A stretch of 64,000 nucleotides of DNA, taken from Bdellovibrionales bacterium. Its GTDB lineage: Bacteria > Bdellovibrionota > Bdellovibrionia > Bdellovibrionales > UBA1609. Shown here piece after piece: positions 1 to 11,253 of this stretch. Numbering within the stretch: the stretch's first letter is position 1; every line of letters begins with the position of its first letter. The stretch is taken from the NCBI GenBank assembly GCA_965261545.1, contig CBDHDF010000007.1:128001-192000 (forward strand), read 5' to 3'. The notes under the pieces were generated by a model. The model was not told the DNA's origin, ran no database searches, and was given only the letters and a program-made list of their open reading frames with translations. Position numbers and translations under genes: made by a program.

Positions 1-203
1 CTTCCAATAATGTTATTGCTTTATCCTTTATTGTATCGGAATCATACATGACAAAAATACCATCAAAAGTCCAGAGTAACTAAAAGAGGCCAATTATATA
101 GACCAGCGAAGCTGTCCACCGAGTTGCTTCGTGCAAAGAAGTGGGGGCCTAGATAAGATTCATGGGCGTGGGTGGGGAAGCAAGGCGCCCCCATGAATGT
201 TAC
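1..203 (-). mobile_element. Possible end of an IS66-like element inserted into the first IS4 copy (continues off-window)
   Basis: IS4 homology stops abruptly at 204. The adjacent minus-strand sequence starts GTAAC, like the IS66 terminus at 20572. No transposase is visible in the window. Confidence 0.3.
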
Positions 204-890
204 CATTTGAATAGCATTGGCGATTTCGTTGAGAGCGGGAGAATAGCAAAGATTCTTTGTCACACCCGATAAAACGTCATAAGCATGAGATAGATACATA
301 CGTAAGAAATGAGTTTCCATCTCATTTGGGCAAGGGTACCCACAATAACCCTCCTTTAAAAGATCTTTAGAGCGAGGAAGTGCTAATTGGTCGCCATCTA
401 TGGCATAGATATAAAAGCCATGAAACGTTTTTCTCAATGGTTCGTAGTCTGTAATCAGAGATTCAAAGATATTTTTAAAAAATAGGTAAGAAATACTTTG
501 ACGTATCTTGCTGAGACTGCTTTTGACTGGCATGAGAAGCAGGTCACCAAAATGAGTCCATACCGTCTTAAGAGCGATTTGGTAGCCTTCGTAATTTGTT
601 CCGGAAATAAGATAGATAATAGTAAAAAAGAAAATTTGAGGATTAAATTTTCGATTCCTTTTTTGTTTTTTTGGATCGACAAGGTGCTCTGGCTTGAAGG
701 AAGAATCAAGTTTTGGTAGAATAAAATGGTCATCTGTGACGCGAACTCGTCATTTGGGGGCTTTCGAGATCAATATTGGATTGCATGTGACTTACTCCTT
801 GGTTGAGGGTTGGGTGTAAAATAAAACAAGTCTTATTCTTGTCGATTTATCTAATAATTTCAAGAGATTTTTCTTAAGGAAACGGCATTG
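204..890 (-). mobile_element. IS4-family element, truncated copy (5' half only)
   Basis: Near-identical to the full copies. Ends in TIR CTTAAGGAAACGGCATTG at 890. Transposase homology is lost after ANAIQM. Confidence 0.95.
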
Positions 891-1272
891 AGTCAGGGGT
901 CATTGAGGAATACATTTGATTATGCATGCCATTTCCCGGGGAAGCTCTAACGCGAGATAGGACGATTTTGTAACACCAAGGGCCTTGCATGTTGATATAT
1001 CAGTGGCAGAAGGTACCCGAGTGCTGCTTTCACCAATGCCTTTGGCCGCTTTGAAGCTGTGCCATGAGGAGGATCGGTTGTAGGAGCACTTTGCCCCCCC
1101 AGGATAAGTCTTTGAGGGATCTTAAGACTAATGAATAGCTAAGAGGATAGGTTAAGGAAGCTCCCTTGTTGACGTATTCAAAACCGCTAGCCTCAACTAA
1201 TAGTGCTTTTGGTGGGCACATAACCGTTATCCCATAATTGTCTTTTGTGCAACCTGCTGCTGATGAATGGCC

Positions 1273-3161
1273 GAGCCTGTAAACTATTTTGTGTAACTGC
1301 CGAATCATATTAGGATGAACTATCATCCTGAAAGGAGAAGGCAAAATGGATATCAAGACAATAGGCAAGGAACTAGCGAAGAACGTCAAGACCCAAAAGG
1401 ATTTATCCGACATAACGGGTCAACTGATGAAGGTTGTTTTAGAGACAGCTCTTAATGCGGAAATGGACGATCACCTAGGTTATGAGAGGCATGAGAAGTC
1501 TGAGACCCGCAAATCCAACACTCGCAATGGTTACAGTAGAAAGACCATAAAGGGAGAGAAAGGCGAGGTGGAGCTTCAGGTCCCCCGTGACCGAAGTGCC
1601 TCCTTTGAGCCCCAAGTCATTCCCAAAGGCAAGACTCGTCTTGAGGGCTTTGAAGACAGTATTCTGACCCTCTATGCGAGGGGAATGACGACCAGGGATA
1701 TTCAAGGAGCTATCAAAGACCTCTACCATGGTGCAGAGATATCCCACTCAGTGATAGCCAACGTGACGGATGCTGTTATTGATGAAGTTACGGCTTGGCA
1801 GAACCGCCCCTTGGATAGCACTTACCCTATCGTATTTTTGGACTGTATCGTGGTGAAGGTCCATCAAGACAAGAGAGTTATTAATAAGGCGATTTACCTA
1901 GCTCTTGGTATTACAGAGGAGGGTCAGAAAGACTTGTTGGGCCTATGGATTTCTGAAAATGAGGGTTCAAAGTTTTGGTTGAGTGTTTTGACTGAGCTGC
2001 AAAATCGAGGGTTGAAAGACGTATTTATATTTTCTGTAGATGGTCTTACAGGTTTTCCTCAAGCCATTTCAGCGGCTTTTCCCAAGTCTAAAGTACAACT
2101 GTGCATTGTCCATATGGTCCGCAATTCCCTTCGCTATGTTCCTTCCAAGGATATGAAAGCTGTCGCCCAAGACCTCAAGTCCATTTATGGCTCTACGACT
2201 CTGACAGAAGCTGAAAAGGCCCTTGAGGAATTTTGTACCAAGTGGTCTTCAAAGTATCCGAATATTGAAAAGTCTTGGCGTAGGAATTGGGACAATCTCA
2301 TCACTATTTTCGATTATCCGGATGAAATCAGAAAGATTTTTTATACCACAAACGCCATAGAGTCGTTAAATAGCGTGATCCGCAAGGCGATCAGAAATCG
2401 TAAGATATTTCCCAGTGATCGGTCGGCTTTAAAAGTTGTATATTTAGCGATAAAAATGGCCTCTAAGCGATGGACACGACCATTACACAACTGGAAGCCA
2501 GCCATGAACAGGTTTGCCATTGAATACGGTGACCGTTTTGACAACTAAGTTTTTTAATAAGGTCCACCACCTGCCTTATAAGGGGGCTTAAAAGCCCCTC
2601 TAAGGCGTTGACAGAAGTACTGGAATACCGAGACTATGGTTAGGGTAATATAGTATGGGAACCTAAATACATGCCCTCTTGGTGCAGATTTGGGTTCCCA
2701 TTTTTTTTCATATTTCATCCCAATTCTGGTATTTCTCGAATATCCTAAGTTAAAAAAAATAAAAAAAAGGGGGTAATATAGTATGGGAACCTAAACACAT
2801 GAACCCTTTGATGAGATTGGAATTTCCATTTTTTTGAGAGAGCCATTGCTGATTTTTTTTCAACCAAGATGATAATTATTTATTTGAGTTCTTTCCAGTT
2901 CTGATATGATCCCATTACGGCTCCATAATACAATCAAAAGTCCAGAGTAACTAAAGAGGCCAATTATATAGACCAGCGAAGATGTCCACCTCCCCATTAA
3001 CTTATAATGCATTGTGACTGACAAAATCGCTTGAAGGAAAAAATGTCAATTATACATTGACGAATAATATGGGACTGTGCTTTTTACCAGGAGTGGAGCC
3101 ACATAAGTGGCTTTAAGATTTAAGAAAAAAATTGCAGTTACACAATTATTTTTACAGTCCC
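1273..3161 (+). mobile_element. IS256-family element, copy 1 (1889 bp)
   Basis: Imperfect TIRs GAGCCTGTAAACTATTTTGTGTAACTGC / GGGACTGTAAAAATAATTGTGTAACTGC; 8-bp TSD GAATGGCC; ~610-bp 3' tail. Confidence 0.96.
1346..2548 (+). CDS. IS256 family transposase
   Basis: RNGY, VPRDR, QLCIVH and YTTNAIES mutator-family motifs; SD AAGGAG. Confidence 0.96.
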   Translation: MDIKTIGKELAKNVKTQKDLSDITGQLMKVVLETALNAEMDDHLGYERHEKSETRKSNTRNGYSRKTIKGEKGEVELQVPRDRSASFEPQVIPKGKTRLEGFEDSILTLYARGMTTRDIQGAIKDLYHGAEISHSVIANVTDAVIDEVTAWQNRPLDSTYPIVFLDCIVVKVHQDKRVINKAIYLALGITEEGQKDLLGLWISENEGSKFWLSVLTELQNRGLKDVFIFSVDGLTGFPQAISAAFPKSKVQLCIVHMVRNSLRYVPSKDMKAVAQDLKSIYGSTTLTEAEKALEEFCTKWSSKYPNIEKSWRRNWDNLITIFDYPDEIRKIFYTTNAIESLNSVIRKAIRNRKIFPSDRSALKVVYLAIKMASKRWTRPLHNWKPAMNRFAIEYGDRFDN

Positions 3162-4047
3162 GAATGGCCATGCTCGCCAGCACATATAAACTCCCGTCTT
3201 GCACATTGTCTAGCATAATTTAGGTTCTTTAATCTCGGATTATGATAGTGGTACACTCCTTTGAGTTGATTGTCCGTATAAAGTTTGTATTTGTAAATAG
3301 CATTGCCTGATGGTGTTGTGTTAGCTGCTGCCACAGTGACTCCACAATGACTTATCGGCCTTGCTTCGGAGTGCCGCTGGCGGTATCAACGGAAAGAAAA
3401 AGATCAACGATCGCTGGCCTTATCTGTCTTGTGGGTGAATTAAAATCAATGGTGAGTTCTGCTTTATATTCACCAGCAGTTGTCGTCTTTACAATGTTTC
3501 TTGCCATGATTGATTTTGTGGTAAGTTGTGCTGTATTTCTAATGGGTGTATTCGCCGCCACAATGATATTGTCAGTTCCTGTAAAGTCACAACTTGTGCG
3601 AAAACTTCCTATGTTGATATCTTTAATCGGCTGATTTAATCTTGTGTCGATAGTGAAGGGACCCAAGTTGGAACCGACAGGAGTTGTTTGTTTGAAATGA
3701 CAATCACAGGTGTCGGGGTTTTGTATAGTTTGCAGAACAAATTGTTTTATATTGGCACGCACGAGTTGTTGTTTGATAGATTGAAGTTCTCTATGCTGAA
3801 ATGAAAGCATACTTATTACAGCAGATATGCTCAAACCCACAATGAGCACAGAGACCAGCGCAGCAGTGAGTGTGAAACCTTCACTCGATTTTATTTTGAA
3901 GGGTTGTGAGAACTGCTGCTGAATTATTTGTAAATTAATTATAAGATTTCTTTGAATACAGAAAATACGGGTATATCCGAAAATACGAAAGATCATCATC
4001 ATATTATATATGATTGTATCTATTTGTTTTTTTGTCAACTATTTCAT

Positions 4048-4096
4048 CGAATTGGGCGCGAATTTGGTCAAAAATAACGACCGACACCAAGACGCG
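4048..4096 (+). repeat. Degenerate solo copy of the ISNCY-like left end
   Basis: CGAATTTGGTCAAAAATAACGACCGACACCAAGACGC resembles CGAATTGGGTCAAAAATAACGACACCAAGACGC at 7547. Confidence 0.7.
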
Positions 4097-4380
4097 GCCC
4101 CGACACGTCTCAGATGGTCTCATCCACCACCTCCTTAAGCCTTGGGGGTCTCATTACTTGGCAATGAAGCAATGTAGATAGTACAAGATTCTTAGATTAG
4201 ATAGATAGGTATCAAGTTAGTTGTGGCCTTTTGTCAGATATTTTTTTAAAAAACACAAATTTTTATCAATGTCTGTTAAAATATATACGTAAATATTAAG
4301 TAAAGTAGATAAAGAAAAATAAGCTAGAAGCAAAACCCTTTGAGTTTTTAAGCATAAACATTGAGAGTCAACGAGGGTGA

Positions 4381-4989
4381 ATGAGTAAGGTGCCATATAT
4401 TTTGAATCCAGAAAATTTTTTCCGGGAAGAGGTTGCCAAGGCCCTTCAACAGTGTGGTATTGAGGCCATCCCCATGATCTCAGAGTACTTGGTGGGTCTC
4501 CTTCAATTTTATATGGATATAAATAATCTCTACGAAGAGGGGGATCCTAAAAATGGTGGCAAGAAATTGGACAAAACTCTTGCAGAAAGATTTTTCATGG
4601 CTCATTCTTCAACGCCCCATATTAAAAAGGATCTCTTAAAGCGCTTGGGAGATTCTAGCTTATACATAAGTGGTTTTTTTGGAGATTCTCTAAAGAGAAA
4701 GGTCGTTGATATTGATTATTATGCAAGCATTGGTGGACTTGCTTATGGAAGTCTCGCAGCTCAAACCCATGAAGATACCATAGCCAGAGTGTATGATGAA
4801 TTTGCTAATAGATTCTTAAATTATGTGGATGTTTTGACAGTTATAAGTCAGCAAGCCTCTATTCAACCCAAAGAAGATATATTGAGACTTTATGATAAGT
4901 ATATTGCCACCGGCTCTAATCTAGCCAAAGAGCAGTTAATAGAAATGGGCATGCTCAATGTCTCTGATTGTAAAAAAAGTTGTCAATAA
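4381..4989 (+). CDS. Conserved hypothetical protein
   Basis: Intact 202-aa ORF with SD. The motif LGDSSLYISGFFGDSL..KVVDIDYY resembles Bdellovibrionota/Myxococcota hypotheticals (from memory). Confidence 0.8.
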   Translation: MSKVPYILNPENFFREEVAKALQQCGIEAIPMISEYLVGLLQFYMDINNLYEEGDPKNGGKKLDKTLAERFFMAHSSTPHIKKDLLKRLGDSSLYISGFFGDSLKRKVVDIDYYASIGGLAYGSLAAQTHEDTIARVYDEFANRFLNYVDVLTVISQQASIQPKEDILRLYDKYIATGSNLAKEQLIEMGMLNVSDCKKSCQ

Positions 4990-5013
4990 AGAAAAACGTA
5001 TCTATTCAGGGGG

Positions 5014-5103
5014 CAATGCCGTTTCCTTAAGCCATTTTGGGCATATGGAAACACGCTCATAGGGGGTTAGGAGTCAAAGAGTGAGCTTAAGGAAACGGCA
5101 TTG
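5014..5103. mobile_element. 90-bp MITE carrying the IS4 element's TIRs
   Basis: CAATGCCGTTTCCTTAAG...CTTAAGGAAACGGCATTG with 10-bp TSD ATTCAGGGGG (5004-5013, 5104-5113). Confidence 0.93.
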
Positions 5104-5583
5104 ATTCAGGGGGTGTCACGTCCATTCAAATCTAAACTATTGAGTAATAACGTTCTTGGAAGGTGATAAAAGAGCTTCTCAGGATTTTGTGTTTTTGACT
5201 TTTTTACGCAGCTTTTCCACGTCTTTGGAAGTGAGTCTAGTACATAGACAAATCGCTTCTACCTCAAAGCCATTTTGAATCATTCGTAATGCCGTCTCTT
5301 CACGACCCTCTTCGCGACCCCTCTCGATACCCTTCTTAAGGCCCTTTCTCATTCCCTTTTCCTCAGCTTCATCCAAAGAACATTGCAATGCTGACATAAC
5401 TCTTTGATCCTCCTCGATACTTTTTTTTCAATCTTACTGAGTACGTTTAGAGTGAAATCTGAATCGTTTCGGTGGATATAATCCACCGCTTTTTGAATAA
5501 GGAACTTCTGATCCTTCTCACCTAAGTTTGTACCCATCTGAAACAACTCCACAATGGTCTCATGGCGAAGCTTCCAGATACTA

Positions 5584-7482
5584 CCTGAAATCCCTAAAAG
5601 TTGTAACTAGGTTTAATGTATTGCGTTAACTTTCCTCTCTTCCTATGGAATTGGCTGCTGTCAACGGTTTGAGAGGTTTAATAGTATTAATATATTTAAT
5701 ATGATTCATAAGAATTTGCTGCGAAAGGTCCTCTTCGTCCCCATTGGATAGATGAGGCATAGTGGTAGCCACAGCCACCGTCACATTTGAAACAGATAAA
5801 AAACATCATTTTGTCTTGGGAAGCCCATCTATTTGGAAGGCTGAAAAAATATCCTTTTGTTTTTTAGACAGCTCTCCAAGCATCAGATCACCTGTAGCTA
5901 ATTCATAAAATTTTAATCGGTCCATCATTTTGTAAATTTCTATTTTAGACATTTTTTTATATAACTTCTTATCTTTCATAACAGTATCAATATGTGAAAT
6001 TAAAATTAAAGAGAGAAAATTAATAAAGATGCTTCCCCTCATATTCATGAGAGAATGAACTCGACTTCTCCTTCCATTAATATCATGCTTGAATGAGAAA
6101 AATACTTTCTCAATGATATCTTTGTTTCGATATAAACTCAATATATTTGTTTTCTTTAAATCATGACTATTTGTAATTAATATCATAATACCCAGCGTAG
6201 AAGATTCTTCATTAATATTTTCTTCATTTAAAGAAATCTTAAATGGAGTGCAATCAGAGATATTGAGAAACCTTTTTTTATTTCCTAAAGTTTCTTTCAT
6301 ATAGGAACTAGCTTGTTCTTCTGATTTCAAATCTTTCTCAAGAAAGAGTTTCATAAAATCAAGCAACTCTTTCATTAACACAGATTCCTCATAAACCCTT
6401 CTTTCTTTGTCTAAGAAAATATGAGCCGTACAATCAAATCCTCCGATTTTTATTGATTCTTTGCAATGCGAATAAATTTCCTCATTAAAAGTAAAAGAGC
6501 ATGATGGAGATTTTATTTTCTCATTTAAAGCCACAGCAAGCTCTCTTGAGAGTTTTGTTCTAAAACTCATGGGTATCAAATACTTCAATTCCTTACGATG
6601 CAGTCCCTTAATATTTTCTACACTAGAAAAACCCTTATCCATAACTAAACAATCTAAATCTAATTTATAACTTGTTATGATCTCAATAATATTCGATAAA
6701 GTTTTGACATCCGGTATACTTCCAGGATAGATTCTGTACGCTATAGGCGTATGAGTTTTATTGTCTTCAGATTTCCTACTTATCAGACCTAAGTTTATTT
6801 GTTCGAGATTCTCTCCATCTCTGTTGTAACCTTTCTCTAAAAATTCATTATTCATAGAGTAGGAAGAAAAGGATGTGATGTCAAACATTACCGTACCAGA
6901 ACCCTTCACTTGATTTATCCATTCGCTAAAGAAAGATTCTATCTTTTTTTGATCTCTCCCAAGATCACATAAGAGATTGCTTATTTTTTGTGACGACATA
7001 AAATTTTTCTTTGAAACATAAGCTTCTTGACACCACATATCGTAAAGATAAAAGGGCTCTCTTTTGATTATTTTAAAAAAAGCTAAATGCAAATAATGTT
7101 CGTAATTATCTGGATAAATTTTAGACAATGTTTTTAGAAGATTTAGTTGTTCGCATATTTTCTCTAAGAAAAATAAGGCTCCCACATTATAGGAGCCTAT
7201 GGGAATCTTTTTTCTTTTGGTCTTAATTTGACCTGTAAACTCATCCTTTCTTCCAAGGTAGATGCGTTTTTGCCTGGCCTGCTTTTTTTCCTTGTCCCAA
7301 AAGCTTTCAACTTTATAGACATAGGTTTTTCCCTTATTTTTTTGCTCAAAAGTGTATGACATCGTTAATATTGTAACTATGCTTTTGAAGAGATGACAAT
7401 CTCTTAATCAAAGTGAAGGCCTTCTCAGACAATAATCAGGACTTAAGTCCTACACCTAGTTACAACTTTTAGGGATTTCAGG
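5584..7482 (-). mobile_element. IS1634-family element, copy a
   Basis: TIRs CCTGAAATCCCTAAAAGTTGTAACTAGG; 6-bp TSD ATACTA. Confidence 0.92.
5806..7362 (-). CDS. IS1634 family transposase
   Basis: FDITSFSSY, GYNRDGE, MDKGF and Y.NKDIIEKVF motifs. Confidence 0.92.
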   Translation of the reverse strand: MSYTFEQKNKGKTYVYKVESFWDKEKKQARQKRIYLGRKDEFTGQIKTKRKKIPIGSYNVGALFFLEKICEQLNLLKTLSKIYPDNYEHYLHLAFFKIIKREPFYLYDMWCQEAYVSKKNFMSSQKISNLLCDLGRDQKKIESFFSEWINQVKGSGTVMFDITSFSSYSMNNEFLEKGYNRDGENLEQINLGLISRKSEDNKTHTPIAYRIYPGSIPDVKTLSNIIEIITSYKLDLDCLVMDKGFSSVENIKGLHRKELKYLIPMSFRTKLSRELAVALNEKIKSPSCSFTFNEEIYSHCKESIKIGGFDCTAHIFLDKERRVYEESVLMKELLDFMKLFLEKDLKSEEQASSYMKETLGNKKRFLNISDCTPFKISLNEENINEESSTLGIMILITNSHDLKKTNILSLYRNKDIIEKVFFSFKHDINGRRSRVHSLMNMRGSIFINFLSLILISHIDTVMKDKKLYKKMSKIEIYKMMDRLKFYELATGDLMLGELSKKQKDIFSAFQIDGLPKTK

Positions 7483-8409
7483 ATACTACTCATTATAAGC
7501 AAAATCGGCCTAGAAAGCAAATTCCTGCCAACTCCACGGTAAAGGTCGAATTGGGTCAAAAATAACGACACCAAGACGCATCACATTAAAACACCTTCGT
7601 GGTGCCCGGGTTATGGTCCTCCACCTGGCTGGCTCATTATTCCGACACCGAGTTCCCACTTTTCTCTTTTTGAGTCAAAAATGTGCGTTGAGGAGACTCC
7701 CTCACTCAATAAGACACCGGTTGTTACGCCTTCTAAAACAGATCAGCCGAGCTACCCCTCTGTTGATCCTCTCAGTAAGATTGATCTTTGGAAACAAACA
7801 ATCAACGAGGGGGTCTTCAGTGAGGGAGTCGGCTGTTAATGCTTACTTAACTGCAATTTCAGGCTTATATCAACAAAGTTCTAAGGCTAAAAAAGGGGAG
7901 TTGCTAGATCATGCGGAACTGGTCACAAACCTCTCTAGGAAGCGACTCATAAGGAGATTAAACGAGATTCAACAAAATAATGGCTCTGTGCCACTCAAGC
8001 GGTCAGGGAGGCCTCTGGCTTATTCTCAAGAGGAGTTACGACCCCACATCAAATATTTGTGGGAACAAATGGAAAAAATCTCGGCTGTACGAATAAAAGC
8101 CGCTCTACCGGATTGGCTCCCCAATTATGAGTCGTGTCCTCCCCACTTAAAGCTTCAGTTAGAAAAAATGAGTGCCAGCACCTTGAAGCGTTATCTGAAG
8201 GAAATTCGCTTGGCTTCATTGGTCTCTAAGGGATTGTCCACAACCTGTCCTGCCCAATATATGAAAAATAAGGTTCCCATCAATACACTGGACTCCAAGG
8301 TCACAAGGCCTGGTTATATACAAACAGATACGGTTGCTCACTGTGGAACGAGTGCCCAAGGCCCTTTTATCAGCTCTCTTACAGTGACCGACATTAACAC
8401 CACATGGAC

Positions 8410-9826
8410 CAATGCCGTTTCCTTAAGCCACCACACCCCTCTGCCTCTGCGTTAAGCTATTTCTTTTAAAAGAACTCCCAGCGCTTTTGATAGACCTTTC
8501 ATAGCTTCTTTTGAAGTGCCTCCTCTTCTCCATTGAAATCTTCATCAGCAACTTTATCTGCTTCCTAAATTTCTGATAGAGCCCCGCAACAAAAAGAGGG
8601 ATGCTATCCATTATGAAATCAAGAATCAGTTTAAAGTTAGGTTTTTTGTAGTCATTTTTTACCAACTGATTCACACTGTCTTCATCCTCATTTATGCTCA
8701 TTTGAATCTTTGTATAATTGAAGAGCCAAAAATAAGAATACAGCTCTTGCAATATTCCATTAAGGCTTGTTGAGTGCCACTGCTCCATTTTCATTGTCGA
8801 TGTAAAATCACGAAATGTCGTTTCTATTTCCCAACGACGAGAGTAAAGAGCAACCATATCCTTCTTGTCCAAGGAGCCATGCGGAAGATTAGTGGCCAAA
8901 ACAGAGAACTCCCCAGTCTTTGGGTTTTTATACTTATAGAGATGAATGACCACCCCCTCAATAACCATTTGTGAATACCAACCTGGGCCATTAAATAAAT
9001 TTACGATGGGGATAAAAGTAGAGCCTCGCTTACAACGCGCAATAAAGAAGTTACTGGCTTGAGCATGGGCCTTAATAATCTCTGTAGATAAATAAAGCCT
9101 ATCGTAGAGAGTTATGCTATTACTCTCAAAACTACCTATCATTTGAATAGCATTGGCGATTTCGTTGAGAGCGGGAGAATAGCAAAGATTCTTTGTCACA
9201 CCCGATAAAACGTCATAAGCATGAGATAGATACATACGTAAGAAATGAGTTTCCATCTCATTTGGGCAAGGGTACCCACAATAACCCTCCTTTAAAAGAT
9301 CTTTAGAGCGAGGAAGTGCTAATTGGTCGCCATCTATGGCATAGATATAAAAACCATGAAACGTTTTTCTCAATGGTTCGTAGTCTGTAATCAGAGATTC
9401 AAAGATATCTTTGAAAAATAGGTAAGAAATACTTTGACGTATCTTGCTGAGACTGCTTTTGACTGGCATGAGAAGCAGGTCACCAAAATGAGTCCATACC
9501 GTCTTAAGAGCGATTTGGTAGCCTTCGTAATTTGTTCCTGAAATAAGATAGATAATGGTAAAAAAGAAAATTTGAGGATTAAATTTTCGATTCCTTTTTT
9601 GTTTTTCTGGATCGACAAGGTGCTCTGGCTTGAAGGAAGAATCAAGTTTTGGTAGAATAAAATGGTCATCTGTGACGCGAACTCGTCATTTGGGGGCTTT
9701 CGAGATCAATATTGGATTGCATGTGACTTACTCCTTGGTTGAGGGTTGGGTGTAAAATAAAACAAGTCTTATTCTTGTCGATTTATCTAATGATTTCAAG
9801 AGATTTTTCTTAAGGAAACGGCATTG
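8410..9826 (-). mobile_element. IS4-family element (1417 bp)
   Basis: 18-bp TIRs; TSD CCACATGGAC. Confidence 0.97.
8423..9669 (-). CDS. IS4 family transposase; the true N-terminus probably lies upstream of the 348-aa ORF (see frameshift finding)
   Basis: AIDGD, YDRLY and YSRRWEIETTFR (YREK) motifs. The frame stays open for ~65 codons upstream of Met 9469 and includes RNRKF. Confidence 0.85.
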
Positions 9827-9836
9827 CCACATGGAC

Positions 9837-11253
9837 CAATGCCGTTTCCTTAAGCCACCACACCCCTCTGCCTCTGCGTTAAGCTATTTCTTTTAAAAGA
9901 ACTCCCAGCCCTTTTGATAGACCTTTCATAGCTTCTTTTGAAGTGCCTCCTCTTCTCCATTGAAATCTTCATCAGCAACTTTATCTGCTTCCTAAATTTC
10001 TGATAGAGCCCCGCAACAAAAAGAGGGATGCTATCCATTATGAAATCAAGAATCAGTTTAAAGTTAGGTTTTTTGTAGTCATTTTTCACCAACTGATTCA
10101 CACTGTCTTCATCCTCATTTATGCTCATTTGAATCTTTGTATAATTGAAGAGCCAAAAATAAGAATACAGCTCTTGCAATATTCCATTAAGGCTTGTTGA
10201 GTGCCACTGCTCCATTTTCATTGTCGATGTAAAATCACGAAATGTCGTTTCTATTTCCCAACGACGAGAGTAAAGAGCAACCATATCCTTCTTGTCCAAG
10301 GAGCCATGCGGAAGATTAGTGGCCAAAACAGAGAACTCCCCAGTCTTTGGGTTTTTATACTTATAGAGATGAATGACCACCCCCTCAATAACCATTTGTG
10401 AATACCAACCTGGGCCATTAAATAAATTTACGATGGGGATAAAAGTAGAGCCTCGCTTACAACGCGCAATAAAGAAGTTACTGGCTTGAGCATGGGCCTT
10501 AATAATCTCTGTAGATAAATAAAGCCTATCGTAGAGAGTTATGCTATTACTCTCAAAACTACCTATCATTTGAATAGCATTGGCGATTTCGTTGAGAGCG
10601 GGAGAAAAGCAAAGATTCTTTGTCACACCCGATAAAACGTCATAAGCATGAGATAGATACATACGTAAGAAATGAGTTTCCATCTCATTTGGGCAAGGGT
10701 ACCCACAATAACCCTCCTTTAAAAGATCTTTAGAGCGAGGAAGTGCTAATTGGTCGCCATCTATGGCATAGATATAAAAACCATGAAACGTTTTTCTCAA
10801 TGGTTCGTAGTCTGTAATCAGAGATTCAAAGATATCTTTGAAAAATAGGTAAGAAATACTTTGACGTATCTTGCTGAGACTGCTTTTGACTGGCATGAGA
10901 AGCAGGTCACCAAAATGAGTCCATACCGTCTTAAGAGCGATTTGGTAGCCTTCGTAATTTGTTCCGGAAATAAGATAGATAATGGTAAAAAAGAAAATTT
11001 GAGGATTAAATTTTCGATTCCTTTTTTGTTTTTCTGGATCGACAAGGTGCTCTGGCTTGAAGGAAGAATCAAGTTTTGGTAGAATAAAATGGTCATCTGT
11101 GACGCGAACTCGTCATTTGGGGGCTTTCGAGATCAATATTGGATTGCATGTAACTTACTCCTTGGTTGAGGGTTGGGTGTAAAATAAAACAAGTCTTATT
11201 CTTGTCGATTTATCTAATGATTTCAAGAGATTTTTCTTAAGGAAACGGCATTG
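9837..11253 (-). mobile_element. IS4-family element, tandem partner of the 8410 copy
   Basis: Separated from the previous copy only by a central CCACATGGAC; the same decamer follows at 11254. ORF 9850-10896. Confidence 0.97.

Larger units (their letters stand above)
900..4002 (-). pseudogene. Prepilin-type (pseudopilin-like) Cys-rich surface protein, frameshifted and split by IS256
   Basis: GFTLTAALVSVLIVGL prepilin-like N-terminus. Frameshift near 3360. Reading frame continues across the IS256 TSD (GEHGH|SSAAGC). Second frameshift near the G-run at ~1095. Ends CIIKCIPQ* at 900. Confidence 0.7.

Noticed and set aside
8774..8974. Recurrent 66-aa and 73-aa plus-strand ORFs in IS4 copies
   Set aside because: Antisense shadows that repeat only because the IS repeats; the 73-aa ORF is broken in several copies.
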